A stretch of DNA of 64,000 bases from Desulfatiglandales bacterium (GCA_963662465.1 OY759599.1:4032001-4096000), one strand, 5' to 3'; positions 21,511 to 32,430 are shown, counted from the first letter of the stretch. The notes: generated from the sequence alone by a model not told the origin. Translations and numbers: made by a program.

Positions 21511-23997
21511 ATGTCCACAAAGACCTTTCGAATTATTGTTTCCATACTTTTCGGCATGGTGGGATTTGCTGTAAATTTTCTAGATATCCAGCTTTTTACC
21601 TCCCCTGAATTCAAAGTACACCTCCTGCTGGGGCTTCTCTTTCCCCTTCTCATCACCATGGCCTGGGGGTGGCGTTACGGACTCCTTTCCGCCCTGACCG
21701 GCGGCTGCCAATCCATGTGGTGGCTCTGGCAAAACGACGGATGGGGCATCGCTTATGCGGTCCCGGTATTCACCCTGTGGATCGTCTGGCACGGATATTG
21801 GGCTGACCAGCGAAACAGCATGAAACAGTTGCGCTGGTTTCATTCCCGTTTCGCCGTTGAGCTCCCCTTTCGCCTGGCCAGTGAACTGGGATTTTATACC
21901 CTTTTCCGCTGGCTTGTTTCCTTCAACCCACCCCCCTGGAATCCCACGATCACGTGGGATCATGTAAGCCTTTCATGGGTGAACATTGTGGCCGTAAAAC
22001 ACTTGCTCACAGCCTATATTCTCCTCCTCATCGTCCATGTACTCTTGCGGATCAGCGTTGTACGGCGCTTCTTCAAACTCGAAGATCCGCCCGAGCAAAG
22101 GATGATTGACGCCGTATACAGCGCATCCCTGCTTCTGGGATGCCTGCTCTGGGTTTTGGACGCCCTGGCCCAGTACCTGTTTTTCAATCAACGGGGACGT
22201 GGCTTCTGGGATGTGGCGGTACTGGCCGTTGACTCCCAGGATCTGTTTGCTCGGAATGCTTTTTTCATTGTAAGCCTTATGGCGGGCATTTGGGTGGCAC
22301 GACTCGCCGCTCGTCGCATTCGACTGGAAAAACGACTTCAGCATCTCAACAGGGTCCTCCTGGCGATTCGCGGCGTGACCCAGCTCATCTGTCACGAAAA
22401 AGATATGGACCGTCTTTTACAGACAACCTGCGAGACCCTGATTGAAACACGTGGTTTTCATAACGCCTTGCTCCTCATGCTCGACGACAATGGCAAATAC
22501 CATAGGTCCTATCACGCAGGTTTCAGCGAAAACTTTGAAGCCATGGCCAACTCCCTGAAAAATAACCGGTTTCCCCTTCAAATGAAAAAAACCCTCAAAC
22601 GCCTGACCATTACGGTGGTCGAGAATCCTTTGGAAAAATGCACCGACTGCCCCTTATCTTCCGATTACGGAGGCCGCTCGGGCATTTGCGTACCCATCAC
22701 CCATGAAGAACAACGCCTCGGGTTGCTCACCGTAGCCGTACCGCGCGCCCACGCCCATGACGCGGAAGAGCATGCGCTGCTGAAAGAAGTGACCGAGGAC
22801 TTAGGATTTGCACTGCATGCAGCACAGGTAGCAGCGAGGCAGCTGAAACTGGAAGAGGAGTTGCAACAGGCCCAGAAAATGGAAGCCATCGGCACCCTTG
22901 CAGGGGGCATCGCCCACGACTTCAACAATATCCTGTCCAGCGTCATCGGTTTTACCCAACTGGCCCTGGAAGATTCCGATGAAAAAACCATCAAAGCGGA
23001 CTTGAAAGAAGTTTTGAATGCCGGCATACGGGCCAAAGAACTGGTGAAGCAGATTCTCACATTTGCCCGCCGCTCGGACGGCGAACTCAAACCCATGCGA
23101 CCGACCCCCATTGTTAAAGAAGCACTGAAACTCCTCAGGTCCTCACTCCCCACAACCATTGAAATTAAATCCCATATCGAAAACGACATCACCATCAAGA
23201 GCGACCCCACCCAGATACATCAAATTCTCATGAACCTGTGTACCAACGCAGCCCATGCCATGGAGGACGACGGAGGGACCTTGCGGGTCACCCTCGAAAA
23301 AACAGGGGTGGATTTGCTCCCGGAAAATCAAAAGGGCGGTTTTCAATCCAAAAAGGTACTGCTGCTCACGGTCGCCGACACCGGATGCGGCATCCCCCCG
23401 CACATTATACCATCCATATTCGAGCCCTATTTTACCACAAAACCCCCCGAAAAAGGCACCGGCATGGGCCTGTCCATGGTTCATGGCATTGTTAAATCCC
23501 ACGGGGGCGACATTACCGTTGAGAGCGACCCAGGAAAAGGAACGGTTTTCAGGATTTATCTACCCATCATCGAAACCGATGCCGAAGCGAATTTCCCGAA
23601 GGATGAAAACATCCCCACGGGAACCGAAAAAATCCTGTTCGTTGACGACGAATCAAGCATTGTCGAGGCGGGCAGTCGAATGCTTGAACATCTCGGATAC
23701 CACGTCATCACCCAGACAAACAGTCAGGATGCGCTGGCCCTTTTTCGCCAAACGCCCGATGATTTTGATGGGGTGATTACGGACATGACCATGCCCCATA
23801 TGACGGGCGACCGGCTGGCAGCGAAACTGATCGAAATAAAACCGAATATCCCCATCATTCTCTGTACCGGTTACAGCAGCAAAATGTCTCCTGAAAAGGC
23901 CTTCAGAATCGGCATCAAGGCGTTTATCCACAAACCCCTGACCAAAACGGAACTGGCAAGAACGGTGCGGAAGGTGCTGGACGAAATAAAAGCCTGA
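21511..23997 (+). CDS. Membrane hybrid histidine kinase (multi-TM-GAF-HisKA-HATPase-REC)
   Basis: Trp-rich TM region, GAF, 'GGIAHDFNNIL', 'YFTTK..GTGMGL', REC 'TDMTMP'. Confidence 0.92.
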   Translation: MSTKTFRIIVSILFGMVGFAVNFLDIQLFTSPEFKVHLLLGLLFPLLITMAWGWRYGLLSALTGGCQSMWWLWQNDGWGIAYAVPVFTLWIVWHGYWADQRNSMKQLRWFHSRFAVELPFRLASELGFYTLFRWLVSFNPPPWNPTITWDHVSLSWVNIVAVKHLLTAYILLLIVHVLLRISVVRRFFKLEDPPEQRMIDAVYSASLLLGCLLWVLDALAQYLFFNQRGRGFWDVAVLAVDSQDLFARNAFFIVSLMAGIWVARLAARRIRLEKRLQHLNRVLLAIRGVTQLICHEKDMDRLLQTTCETLIETRGFHNALLLMLDDNGKYHRSYHAGFSENFEAMANSLKNNRFPLQMKKTLKRLTITVVENPLEKCTDCPLSSDYGGRSGICVPITHEEQRLGLLTVAVPRAHAHDAEEHALLKEVTEDLGFALHAAQVAARQLKLEEELQQAQKMEAIGTLAGGIAHDFNNILSSVIGFTQLALEDSDEKTIKADLKEVLNAGIRAKELVKQILTFARRSDGELKPMRPTPIVKEALKLLRSSLPTTIEIKSHIENDITIKSDPTQIHQILMNLCTNAAHAMEDDGGTLRVTLEKTGVDLLPENQKGGFQSKKVLLLTVADTGCGIPPHIIPSIFEPYFTTKPPEKGTGMGLSMVHGIVKSHGGDITVESDPGKGTVFRIYLPIIETDAEANFPKDENIPTGTEKILFVDDESSIVEAGSRMLEHLGYHVITQTNSQDALALFRQTPDDFDGVITDMTMPHMTGDRLAAKLIEIKPNIPIILCTGYSSKMSPEKAFRIGIKAFIHKPLTKTELARTVRKVLDEIKA

Positions 23998-24228
23998 ACC
24001 CACAACCGTCCCTGATAAACCAAAACCCCAACTTCAACCGGATGCGGCTTTCCAAAGAAGTGTGCCGAATACTTCAATGGCTAAAACCCGTAGGTTAAAG
24101 TACAGACTGGTGTACGTCGTGCAAGGAAAATGCGTTTTGCGCTAAGACAACGAGGTGGGGAAGGATGATCACCGGCATTTCGGTGGAAAGGAATATGGGC
24201 CTGGGAAGGGATAACGGTTTGCCATCCG

Positions 24229-25041
24229 TCACAAGCGATTGTGATCGGCCCCGGCGCCGAAATCGCATCGTGGAATACAGACCCGTCTGCCGACCGCCTG
24301 AACATGGCACACATCGATATCAACGCCATAAGCCTCAAAAAGGATCCGGGGGGTGATGACCTTTTCGGCCTTACCGATGGCGATGAACTTCCCATGCTGC
24401 ATTACCGCGATCTGTTGGGAGAGCAAGAAACCATGGTCGGGGAAATGGGTGGTCATGATTACGGAAATTCCTTCGTTCGATAGCATTTCAATAATCGAAA
24501 GAACCTTGATCTGGTTCGCCACGTCCAGATGGGAGGTGGGTTCGTCCAGTATGAGAAGCCGAGGGAACTGGTTGATAGCCCGGGCGATCATGACCATCTG
24601 TCTTTCACCGCCGCTGATGTCGGCGATGCTCTGTTCCGCCAGGTGTGAAATGCCGACTTTTTCAAGTGTTTGGGCGGTCATGCGGGCATCGGCGCGGTCA
24701 GGCGTCTTGAACATGGAGATATAGGGAGCGCGTCCCATGAGAACAAATTCAAAGACCGAAAACGGAAACGCCACTTGACCCATCTGCGGTACGTATCCAA
24801 CCATTGAGGCCATATCCATCAATTTCAATCCGGTTGTATCCCTTCCCGACAACCGGACACACCCTTTCTGTAAAGGCATGAGATTCAGAATACACTTAAT
24901 CAGCGTGGATTTCCCGATTCCGTTTCTGCCGAGAATGGACAGGATTTCGCCCTGGGCCACCGTAAACGAGATATGCTGAAATACAGCCTTGTTACGGTTG
25001 TATGAGAATGCGGCGTTTTCCACTTCCAATATCACAGCCAT
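24229..25041 (-). CDS. ABC ATPase, FecE/BtuD type
   Basis: 'GRNGIGKST', 'ISGGERQ', 'LDEPTSHLD'. Confidence 0.92.
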   Translation of the reverse strand: MAVILEVENAAFSYNRNKAVFQHISFTVAQGEILSILGRNGIGKSTLIKCILNLMPLQKGCVRLSGRDTTGLKLMDMASMVGYVPQMGQVAFPFSVFEFVLMGRAPYISMFKTPDRADARMTAQTLEKVGISHLAEQSIADISGGERQMVMIARAINQFPRLLILDEPTSHLDVANQIKVLSIIEMLSNEGISVIMTTHFPDHGFLLSQQIAVMQHGKFIAIGKAEKVITPRILFEAYGVDIDVCHVQAVGRRVCIPRCDFGAGADHNRL

Positions 25042-26114
25042 CCCACTTTCTTCCGTCCCAGGAGCCAGGCAAATACGGGTGCGCCAATAATGGCCGTCAG
25101 TATCCCCAGGGGTATTTCAGTGGGAAAAACGGTTCTGGATAGATTGTCCACCGTCAGCAGAAAAGCCGCGCCGATCAAGGCGGAAGCCGGCATCAGCTTG
25201 CGGAAATCGGGGCCCACCAGCATCCGACCCATGTGAGGCACCACCAGCCCGACCCAGCCAATGAGGCCGCTGATGCAAACTGCCGAGGCCGTGATCATTG
25301 TGGCGCAGATGATGATGATTTTCGTCATTCGTTTGGTGTTGACGCCAAGGGTTCTGGCTTCATCATCACCCATGGCCAGGAGGTTGATGCGCCACCGGAT
25401 GATGAAGAGAACCATGGAGGCCGCCAATATGGGGAGCGCCGCCATCTCAAGATCTCTGCCGGTCACCGAGGCCAGACTGCCCATCAACCAGAAGACAATG
25501 GCAGGCAGGGTGTCGTAAGGATCCGCCACGTATTTGATCAGAGAAATCAGGGCTGAAAACAAGGCCCCCACGATGATTCCCGAGAGTACCAGCACCAGCA
25601 TGACCGTGGATCGGTACATTCGGCTGATGGCATAGGTGATGGCGACCGCAATGATCCCGGCCAGAAAAGCGGAGGCCTGGATCACCATGGGACGACCCGA
25701 TAGGAGGATTCCCAGGGCCGCGCCGAAGCCCGCGCCCGAAGCGACGCCCAGCAGGTCCGGCGAGACAAGGGGGTTTTTGAAAAGCCCCTGAAAACTGGCC
25801 CCCGCAATGGAAACGCCGGCGCCTACCAGCATGGCCGCCAGGATGCGGGGCAACCGGATTCGGAATATGACTGTGTAATGAAGGGTCTCGGCTTCATGGG
25901 GAGCGATGGGAGTAAGGGTTGAACCGGATGCGTTGGAAACCCCGAGCAACCACCCGTCAAAAAAATTATTTGCCCATTGGTGAAGACCTGAAAAAAAAGT
26001 CGCTGCCACATCCCAGGGGGCAATAGTGTATCGGCCGAGAAAGATGGATAGGAAAAAGAGGGCGAACGTAAGACCGATCAGCAACCACCAGTAGCCGATT
26101 TTGAATTCTTTCAT
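25032..26114 (-). CDS. ABC permease, FecCD/BtuC type
   Basis: 'IRLPRI', 'QGLFKNPLVSPDLLG', 'EARTLGV', 'GWVGLVVPH'. Confidence 0.93.
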   Translation of the reverse strand: MKEFKIGYWWLLIGLTFALFFLSIFLGRYTIAPWDVAATFFSGLHQWANNFFDGWLLGVSNASGSTLTPIAPHEAETLHYTVIFRIRLPRILAAMLVGAGVSIAGASFQGLFKNPLVSPDLLGVASGAGFGAALGILLSGRPMVIQASAFLAGIIAVAITYAISRMYRSTVMLVLVLSGIIVGALFSALISLIKYVADPYDTLPAIVFWLMGSLASVTGRDLEMAALPILAASMVLFIIRWRINLLAMGDDEARTLGVNTKRMTKIIIICATMITASAVCISGLIGWVGLVVPHMGRMLVGPDFRKLMPASALIGAAFLLTVDNLSRTVFPTEIPLGILTAIIGAPVFAWLLGRKKVGWL

Positions 26115-26118
26115 CGGG

Positions 26119-27918
26119 TCATGTCTCCTTCCGATGGGGCAATACATCGATGGGTGCAAATGGCGTGAGCATGGGTTGCTGGTAGAATGAGCGATTCATG
26201 ATGAAATGCTCCGGCGGCGTCTGGTAGAAGGTGTGATAGAAGCGATCGGTTTCGTCGGTCAAATGGAAATGACACCGGTCGGGATGCAGGATGTTGGCGA
26301 TTTGCATGAGTCCCAGAATCCACCTGGGATTCCCAAAATCCCAACCCGGTGTGATGGCGTGGATATGATGCCGGCATACCGCATCAACCCAGACGCCGTT
26401 TTTTTCGCAGGTGTGACGAAACTCGTCCTCGGGTGAGGAGAACAGACCCGAAATGAAAATGTATTCCGGATCCAGGTGCAGCAGCTCCTCTCTGGAGATG
26501 TTTACCCCCGGTTTGCCTGAACGTCCAATGGCCTTGTTTACACAATGCCCGCCGGCGGCGGCGACGAGCTGAATTTCAAAGCGTTCGGCATTCAGGGCGA
26601 AAAAGGGGGTACTCATGGCATAATAGACCCGTGGCCGCGGCTGGTCCTGGACGGCTTGCGTGACCCGGATGACCCGTTCCTGAATGTATGATGTGAGGAT
26701 TTTCGCCTGTTTGGTTCTGTCGAACCGACGTCCCACCTCGGCAATGAAGTCCAGATAGTTATCGATGCGGTTGATCTTGCCCTCAAGTTTGTGAATATCA
26801 TCATGTTCAATAACATTGCGCCAGACATGGGCGATATCCTCCTCCGAAGTGATGCCGAGGCATTCCGAGAGAGCCAGTATGATCTCAAGTCCCCGGGTGA
26901 AACGGTATCCGCCGCTCATGCCGAATTCTTCATAGGCCTTTTTTCGGACGGGTCCCGTCATGGGAATCTTGTGGCCGCGGGGACAAATGGCATCGGGCGC
27001 GCATGCCACCACCCGGCTGCCCATGGGTCCGTAAAATTCCCGGTAAATTATCGGCGTACCGCATTTTGGACACGGTGTGTGCAGATAGGAAGTTCCCGGC
27101 GTGTTGAAAAGATAGGTATAGGGCAAAACATGTCGTACCTGCCCGCACAGATTTTCCGCGGTCACGGCCGTGGGCTCCAGACGCATGGGGGCGTCTCCAA
27201 AAGGCAGGAACCGCATGATCTGAAACGGAATATCCTTTGAAATATTAGATATCTTATCCGCCGCCGCCATGACCTCCGCTTCATTTCCCTTGCTGTACAT
27301 GATCGAAATCTCAATGTGGATGCCGGCATCATAAAGGTAACGAATATTTCTGAATACCGGATCCGCGGAGGGTGCACCGCACCGGCCATAGGCCCGGTCC
27401 GAACCGCCTTTCAGTCCGCAGTTGATAAAATCAAGAACTTCGGCCAGTTGCGCAGCGGCTTCCGGGGTATGATAGATGTTGGAGGAGCAGCCCACGAGAA
27501 GCCCTTCCGCCTTGGCTGCTTTTCCCAGTGCAAGGAACGAGTGGTGACTGACAGTGGGGTCGTTCATGCACCAGACAATCCCTTCGCAGCCCATGGCTTT
27601 CGCTTTTTTGACCATCTCTTCCGGAGCGAAAGGTTTGAGAGCCGGTGCGAATCGATCGATATTGCGCGTAAAAAGACCCGAAACACAGCCTTTACATGCG
27701 AAATTGCAACCAATTCCGCCCAATTGAAGCAATTTGGCCCTGGGTCGGAAATGGGTCATGGGAATGGTTTCAATGGAGACCGGAATGGCCGCCATATGGG
27801 TAAAGGGGAAACGCTCGACCACGGCGCCGCCGTGATTTACATACATGTTGCAGCGGCCGTGGTCACCGGACCCGATTTGACAGCCGATTTCACAGATTTC
27901 ACATTTCACAATCGTCAC
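26119..27918 (-). CDS. Radical SAM protein (AmmeMemoRadiSam/PflX-like) fused to a C-terminal ABC substrate-binding-like domain
   Basis: 'CEICEIGC', 'GCNFACKGC' (CX3CX2C), 'CPKC'; C-term 'RPRVYYA...AAGG..V...ISREELLHLDPEYIF'. Confidence 0.85.
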   Translation of the reverse strand: MTIVKCEICEIGCQIGSGDHGRCNMYVNHGGAVVERFPFTHMAAIPVSIETIPMTHFRPRAKLLQLGGIGCNFACKGCVSGLFTRNIDRFAPALKPFAPEEMVKKAKAMGCEGIVWCMNDPTVSHHSFLALGKAAKAEGLLVGCSSNIYHTPEAAAQLAEVLDFINCGLKGGSDRAYGRCGAPSADPVFRNIRYLYDAGIHIEISIMYSKGNEAEVMAAADKISNISKDIPFQIMRFLPFGDAPMRLEPTAVTAENLCGQVRHVLPYTYLFNTPGTSYLHTPCPKCGTPIIYREFYGPMGSRVVACAPDAICPRGHKIPMTGPVRKKAYEEFGMSGGYRFTRGLEIILALSECLGITSEEDIAHVWRNVIEHDDIHKLEGKINRIDNYLDFIAEVGRRFDRTKQAKILTSYIQERVIRVTQAVQDQPRPRVYYAMSTPFFALNAERFEIQLVAAAGGHCVNKAIGRSGKPGVNISREELLHLDPEYIFISGLFSSPEDEFRHTCEKNGVWVDAVCRHHIHAITPGWDFGNPRWILGLMQIANILHPDRCHFHLTDETDRFYHTFYQTPPEHFIMNRSFYQQPMLTPFAPIDVLPHRKET

Positions 27919-28568
27919 TCCTTTTTGATGATGATCCAGAATCCCGAATCATCGCTGATGATGTCGTATTGAACGGCGGCCGCATGCAGCGCCGCAATGA
28001 ATTTCCGTTTGGTGGAGTCTCCGAGGTTGCGGTCTCGGAACGACCGCCAATCCGGACGTATTGCCGTCATCTTTTCACAGATGCGATCCCGCAGATGGGC
28101 ATTGCCGAAACCGCCGCCCACGTATGACCTGCCGGAAGGCGCCAGTACACGGTGGATTTCCCTGAAGGCACGCTCCGGATTTTCCCAGAAAAAGATGGAT
28201 CCACGGCTGACCATCAGTTCGACGGCATCATCATTTAAGGGAATATGATGAACATCGCCGCGAAGCAGGGTGAAACGGCAATCATGCTTGGAAGCGGACA
28301 GACGCCTTTTCGCCTTCATGTGCATGGGCATGGAAGCATCCAGGAGGATCATCCTCAGGTCAGTGACGGCGGCCAAAGCCAGGGAGAGCAATCCCGGACC
28401 ACTGCCGATTTCCACGCAACGCCCCCTTGTGATTCCCAGACGCCGGACAATCTGGTTGGCTAAAATGGGATAGATGGGTGCAAAAATTTCAACGGCGGTG
28501 CGATCCATTTGCGTGGCGCCCGCTTCATCGAACCGTACTTCCCGGGTTTGGCTTGGTGATGTTTCCAT
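27915..28568 (-). CDS. Class I SAM-dependent methyltransferase
   Basis: 'VEIGSGPG', 'GDVHHIPL', 'FREIHRVLAPSG'. Confidence 0.9.
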   Translation of the reverse strand: METSPSQTREVRFDEAGATQMDRTAVEIFAPIYPILANQIVRRLGITRGRCVEIGSGPGLLSLALAAVTDLRMILLDASMPMHMKAKRRLSASKHDCRFTLLRGDVHHIPLNDDAVELMVSRGSIFFWENPERAFREIHRVLAPSGRSYVGGGFGNAHLRDRICEKMTAIRPDWRSFRDRNLGDSTKRKFIAALHAAAVQYDIISDDSGFWIIIKKE

Positions 28569-28579
28569 TTGAAGAATCC

Positions 28580-29698
28580 TTATTTTCGAAGGTTCGGCGA
28601 GGGGTCGAGCAATTGATTCAGTTCAACATCGGTCATCCGGTAATGGTAAAAGTCCGCATAGAACCGGCGAGTTATATCCCTCAAATCAATATCCTGGAAC
28701 CTGTCCGGATGCAGTTTCATGGCCGTCCACAGAATGCCGAGGATGGTGCCCGCGCCCGGCGGGCGGTCAAACCAGCAGAACGGTCCGCGAGGGGTCAGGT
28801 AGATTCTGTTTGTCCGGACCGCTTCGATGCCCGCCCAGAGCGGATTCTTCCCGATGGCGTCATAGATCTGTCTTTGCTCCGCAATGATCACATCCGGGTT
28901 CCATTGAAGCACCTGCTCCATGGACACCTGGGTCAGGCCCATGCCCTGTTTCAGGGGACAATCCGCCACGTTGATCCCGCCGCACATGCGGATCAGGGCG
29001 GAATGACGCGATCCCGAAGGATCGGTGGAGAGGCCGTCCGGCCGTTCGGCATAGTAAACCCGCTTCCGGTCTTCTTGGGGGATTCCTTCCAGCCGATTGG
29101 AAACTATCCGCACGATGTCTTGATGAAATTTCACCAGTTCCCGTGCCTTTTTTGGGGTATTGAGGATATCTCCGATGAAGCGTATGGGCTCGTCCACACA
29201 TGAGATATGGTCGGACCCCGAAATCCCCACAACCGGTATGGCGCCGAATTTACGCTGTCGATCTTTGAGAATCTCCAGGCTTCCGCTACCCGGATGATCC
29301 AACATGGTTTCATACAGGATCACATCGGGCTGCATATGGATCATGGTTTCGTAATTGCCGCTCCATAACCCGAACCATCCCCCCAACACCGGAAGTGCTG
29401 CATACTGGGGCGGCATATTTCGTGTGTCCGGTTTGAAATTCCATCCCACCAGTTTTTCGGGGGCCAGCATATAAACAATGGTGGTTATGGGTGGGTAGGT
29501 GGAGATCACGCGGTGTATTTTTGTTGGGATTGTGATTTTTCGTCCGAGAAAATCGGTGACGACCCGGGTGGAAGTTTCCGCAAGGCATCCGGAGTTTCCT
29601 GAAATGATAAGAAAAAAGAGAACGAAGCAAAGGATTGCGGGTGAAAATAGCAGCCATCCATCCTTAAAACACGCGAACTTGAAGGTTAAGCGATTCAT
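28580..29698 (-). CDS. Periplasmic binding protein, FecB/BtuF type
   Basis: Signal sequence, 'TDFLGRKITIP', 'VSMEQVLQWNPDVI', 'PFCWFDRPP'. Confidence 0.92.
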   Translation of the reverse strand: MNRLTFKFACFKDGWLLFSPAILCFVLFFLIISGNSGCLAETSTRVVTDFLGRKITIPTKIHRVISTYPPITTIVYMLAPEKLVGWNFKPDTRNMPPQYAALPVLGGWFGLWSGNYETMIHMQPDVILYETMLDHPGSGSLEILKDRQRKFGAIPVVGISGSDHISCVDEPIRFIGDILNTPKKARELVKFHQDIVRIVSNRLEGIPQEDRKRVYYAERPDGLSTDPSGSRHSALIRMCGGINVADCPLKQGMGLTQVSMEQVLQWNPDVIIAEQRQIYDAIGKNPLWAGIEAVRTNRIYLTPRGPFCWFDRPPGAGTILGILWTAMKLHPDRFQDIDLRDITRRFYADFYHYRMTDVELNQLLDPSPNLRK

Positions 29699-29764
29699 AT
29701 TTCAATAATCCGTAAAATAGAGATTGTAAATTTAGGAAGGCTGAGACCTGATCCATTTTATTGC

Positions 29765-29799
29765 GGAATGGAATACTCCATTATGAAATATAATGTCAA
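29765..29799 (-). promoter_or_regulatory. Sigma70-type promoter with 17-bp palindromic operator
   Basis: TTGACA (29799-29794) then TATTTCATAATGGAGTA; matches motif at 39817-39833. Confidence 0.65.
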
Positions 29800-30253
29800 G
29801 CAATTTTTCCCGAACCGGCTTTTTCGGGGGAAGATATCACCTCTTTGCCGGAGGTTGTTGTAAAGGGCAAATTCGCGGAGCAGGATTTTTTGAGTTTTTA
29901 AGGAGGTCACCAAAGTCTTATCACTTCCTGAACGATTCTTCTTGACATTCCGTTTGACTGCCTCTAACAAATACGGATAATTGTTTTATCCATACAAACC
30001 ATCGACGATCCGATGGAGGTTTTCATATGGTGTATCCCATTAAATGCTGCTCGTTCAACTCCCCCGGCGCAAGACACTTTAAGAAGCATTTAACCTTCAA
30101 AAAAAGCGACTGGTTTCAGGTGCCCCCCCCATATCTCAAAAGCATGGGTGCTTTGGCATAATTATTGCTTTTATGGGCAACACTTCATTTTGGATATTGA
30201 TGGGGCGAAATCCGTCCCTTCAATAACTTGTTCGGGTGAAAGGTTAAATCCTA

Positions 30254-32143
30254 ATGGACTTTTGGAAAGACTTAACTTCAATAATACAAGCAGCAGTAAC
30301 AAGCATTGGAATTATTGTTGGTGCTGTATGGACTTATTTAATTTTCGTGCGCGAAAGATTAAGATTTCCAAAAGTTAATATCGACCTGATTATTGAAGAA
30401 ATCCTGATTATAACGGATTTGGGGGAACGCAATTGAAACCTCCCAATGACGCCGAAATCAGCAGATTTTGCAACCAGTTTTCGTGATACCTGAACTGATT
30501 GAGTCTCTCAGCGGGACTGCGCCAGTTATTATGTTTTTTGACAGTTCTGGGGTTGCAGGGTGCAAAATTGTAAATGAGCGCCCAACCTCTAATGCTGAAC
30601 TCGGCAGACTTTAGATTCCCATGAAAATATAAAGTAGAAAACAGATGACGATCCATTCTCTGCATTAACCGGTCTACCATATTGCTGGTTCTGTGACAGC
30701 CTGGCAAATCGTAAGCTTTGGAATACCTGCATAGGTTGTCTTTGAGTTTCGTTATCGGCTTTGACATAACGTCGGGCAGATGTTCTTTATTGGCCCACTC
30801 ATAGAGTCTTCGAACCTTTTGTGAAAAAGACGATTTTGTTTCGGCTTTGTAACAATCCCATACCTTGTCCGCAACAGTGTCGAAGAGTACTTTGTACTTT
30901 TTGCTGGCACGGTCACGAATTTTGATAAACACATGTAAAAAACAGCAAATAACAAAAATGCCCGTAAACAAAGATTCCCAGGCATTGATCGTTGCCTTCC
31001 ATCCATCGGTATTCACGGATTTCGGTGTATATGCAGGATCAAGATTGCAGGCTTCCTCTTTGAATTTGCCATAGGCTTCCGTCAGCCCTGTTTCATTCGC
31101 ATTTTCACTTACAGAAGCCCCCAATATACACTGACTACCGACAGTCGTTGCAACGTATACCTTCTCTCCAAGTAGGCGAGAGTGTTTTTCATCTGCTGAA
31201 AGATGTTCAGGCAAAAGCTTTGGATCTTTGATTGTCGTTCCCACAATGCTGTTTCTACCCAGGCTTTGTTCAATTCGATACCAAAACATCGGATCTTTTC
31301 CCAAGACATAGCTTAAAGCCCAAAAGGGAACGTTAAACTTTCGAAGAAAAATGCCTTTTTCTACATCGTCGGTAAAACCAGTATCATAGGGCATCACAAA
31401 AGATGGCCTGACCGTATACGCAATTCCATCAACTTCAATTCGTCTGGTGTCTATTTGCAATTTCTTCGAAGGTCGTCTATCCTTCATAAGATATCCCATT
31501 TGGATGCCTTGTGGAAATAGTTCCGGATTGCTTTTGATAATGACATCCAGCTCATTTCGAAAAATGTTTGGTTCTTTGATGACTTCCAAATATTTCTGTT
31601 GATCAAATGGAACAGTGATTGTACGATTTGCACGGGGAGTGGATTGATTTGCTGGAATTTTATTAGCCCTCTCTTTCTCATGGTTAGGTCTCCAACCAAA
31701 CCATAATTGAAAAGGGCTTTAATTCCCAGTAAATAATGTACTCCCCCAAATCCGTTATAACCAGAAGAAATCAAAATTCAGAATAATGCCAGAATCGTTC
31801 ATGCTGAAGTTAAATTAAATAATATCGGACATGTATTACTTAAATCACACCATTCAGAATTACGATTACGTAAAATTGTACCAATACATGATGAGTTAAA
31901 ACCAGATGTTGAAAAAGGTTTTGATCCTGTTAGCAATGATAGAACAGAGCTCGAATGGCCTCTAATTGCAGGACGTGAATGGAAATGGGACGAAAATGAA
32001 TTTGAAATTGAACCAGGTGAAGTAGATTCGCTACACGCGGATTATATTATAAGTTCGGACGTTCAAGTTGTTGAATTCTATTTCTATATAGCAAATGCAA
32101 AAAAAAACGCAAGGTATTGGATGGACATTAACCAAAATTCATG
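30254..32143 (+). pseudogene. Cassette 1 membrane-anchored hypothetical gene interrupted by an IS
   Basis: Removing 30404-31772 rejoins '...DLIIEEI|KIQNNARIVHAEVKLNNIG...' in frame. Confidence 0.85.
30404..31764 (-). mobile_element. 1361-bp IS, DDE-type transposase (ORF 30408-31589; frame stays open upstream), family unassigned
   Basis: 23-bp terminal IR CTG(A/G)TTATAACGGATTTGGGGGA (22/23); 8-bp target duplication AAGAAATC (30396-30403, 31765-31772); 'ADEKH', 'NTDGW'. Confidence 0.92.
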
Positions 32144-32169
32144 AATTTGAAAATAAAGGAGGCACTATC

Positions 32170-32334
32170 ATGCCAGACCATGAAAAAGGCAACAACTCCA
32201 AAGAGTCTTTAAATGAGCAACAAAGACAGCAAAAGCAACAAAAACCTCAGCAACAACAGCAGCAAACTCAACAGCAAACACAAGATAAGAAAAATAATTC
32301 TATTAAAAATAATGGCACTTCGGATCATCATTGA
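32170..32334 (+). CDS. 54-aa Gln-rich peptide in cassette 1
   Basis: GGAGG RBS before ATG; stop directly before attC. Confidence 0.45.
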   Translation: MPDHEKGNNSKESLNEQQRQQKQQKPQQQQQQTQQQTQDKKNNSIKNNGTSDHH

Positions 32335-32345
32335 AGGGAGGAATT

Positions 32346-32417
32346 CCCGAACCATTTTCTGCACCTGACCAGTGTTCCGCTGCCGCTACACACCGTCAGG
32401 TGAGAAATACGTTAGGG
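32346..32417 (+). repeat. attC-like site 1
   Basis: CCCGAAC...CACCTGAC...GTCAGGTG...GTTAGGG. Confidence 0.85.
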
Positions 32418-32430
32418 CCACGAGAAAATT

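Noticed and set aside
29758..30230. Integron integrase remnant upstream of the array
   Set aside because: The 70-aa ORF and the other frames I read show no tyrosine-recombinase motifs
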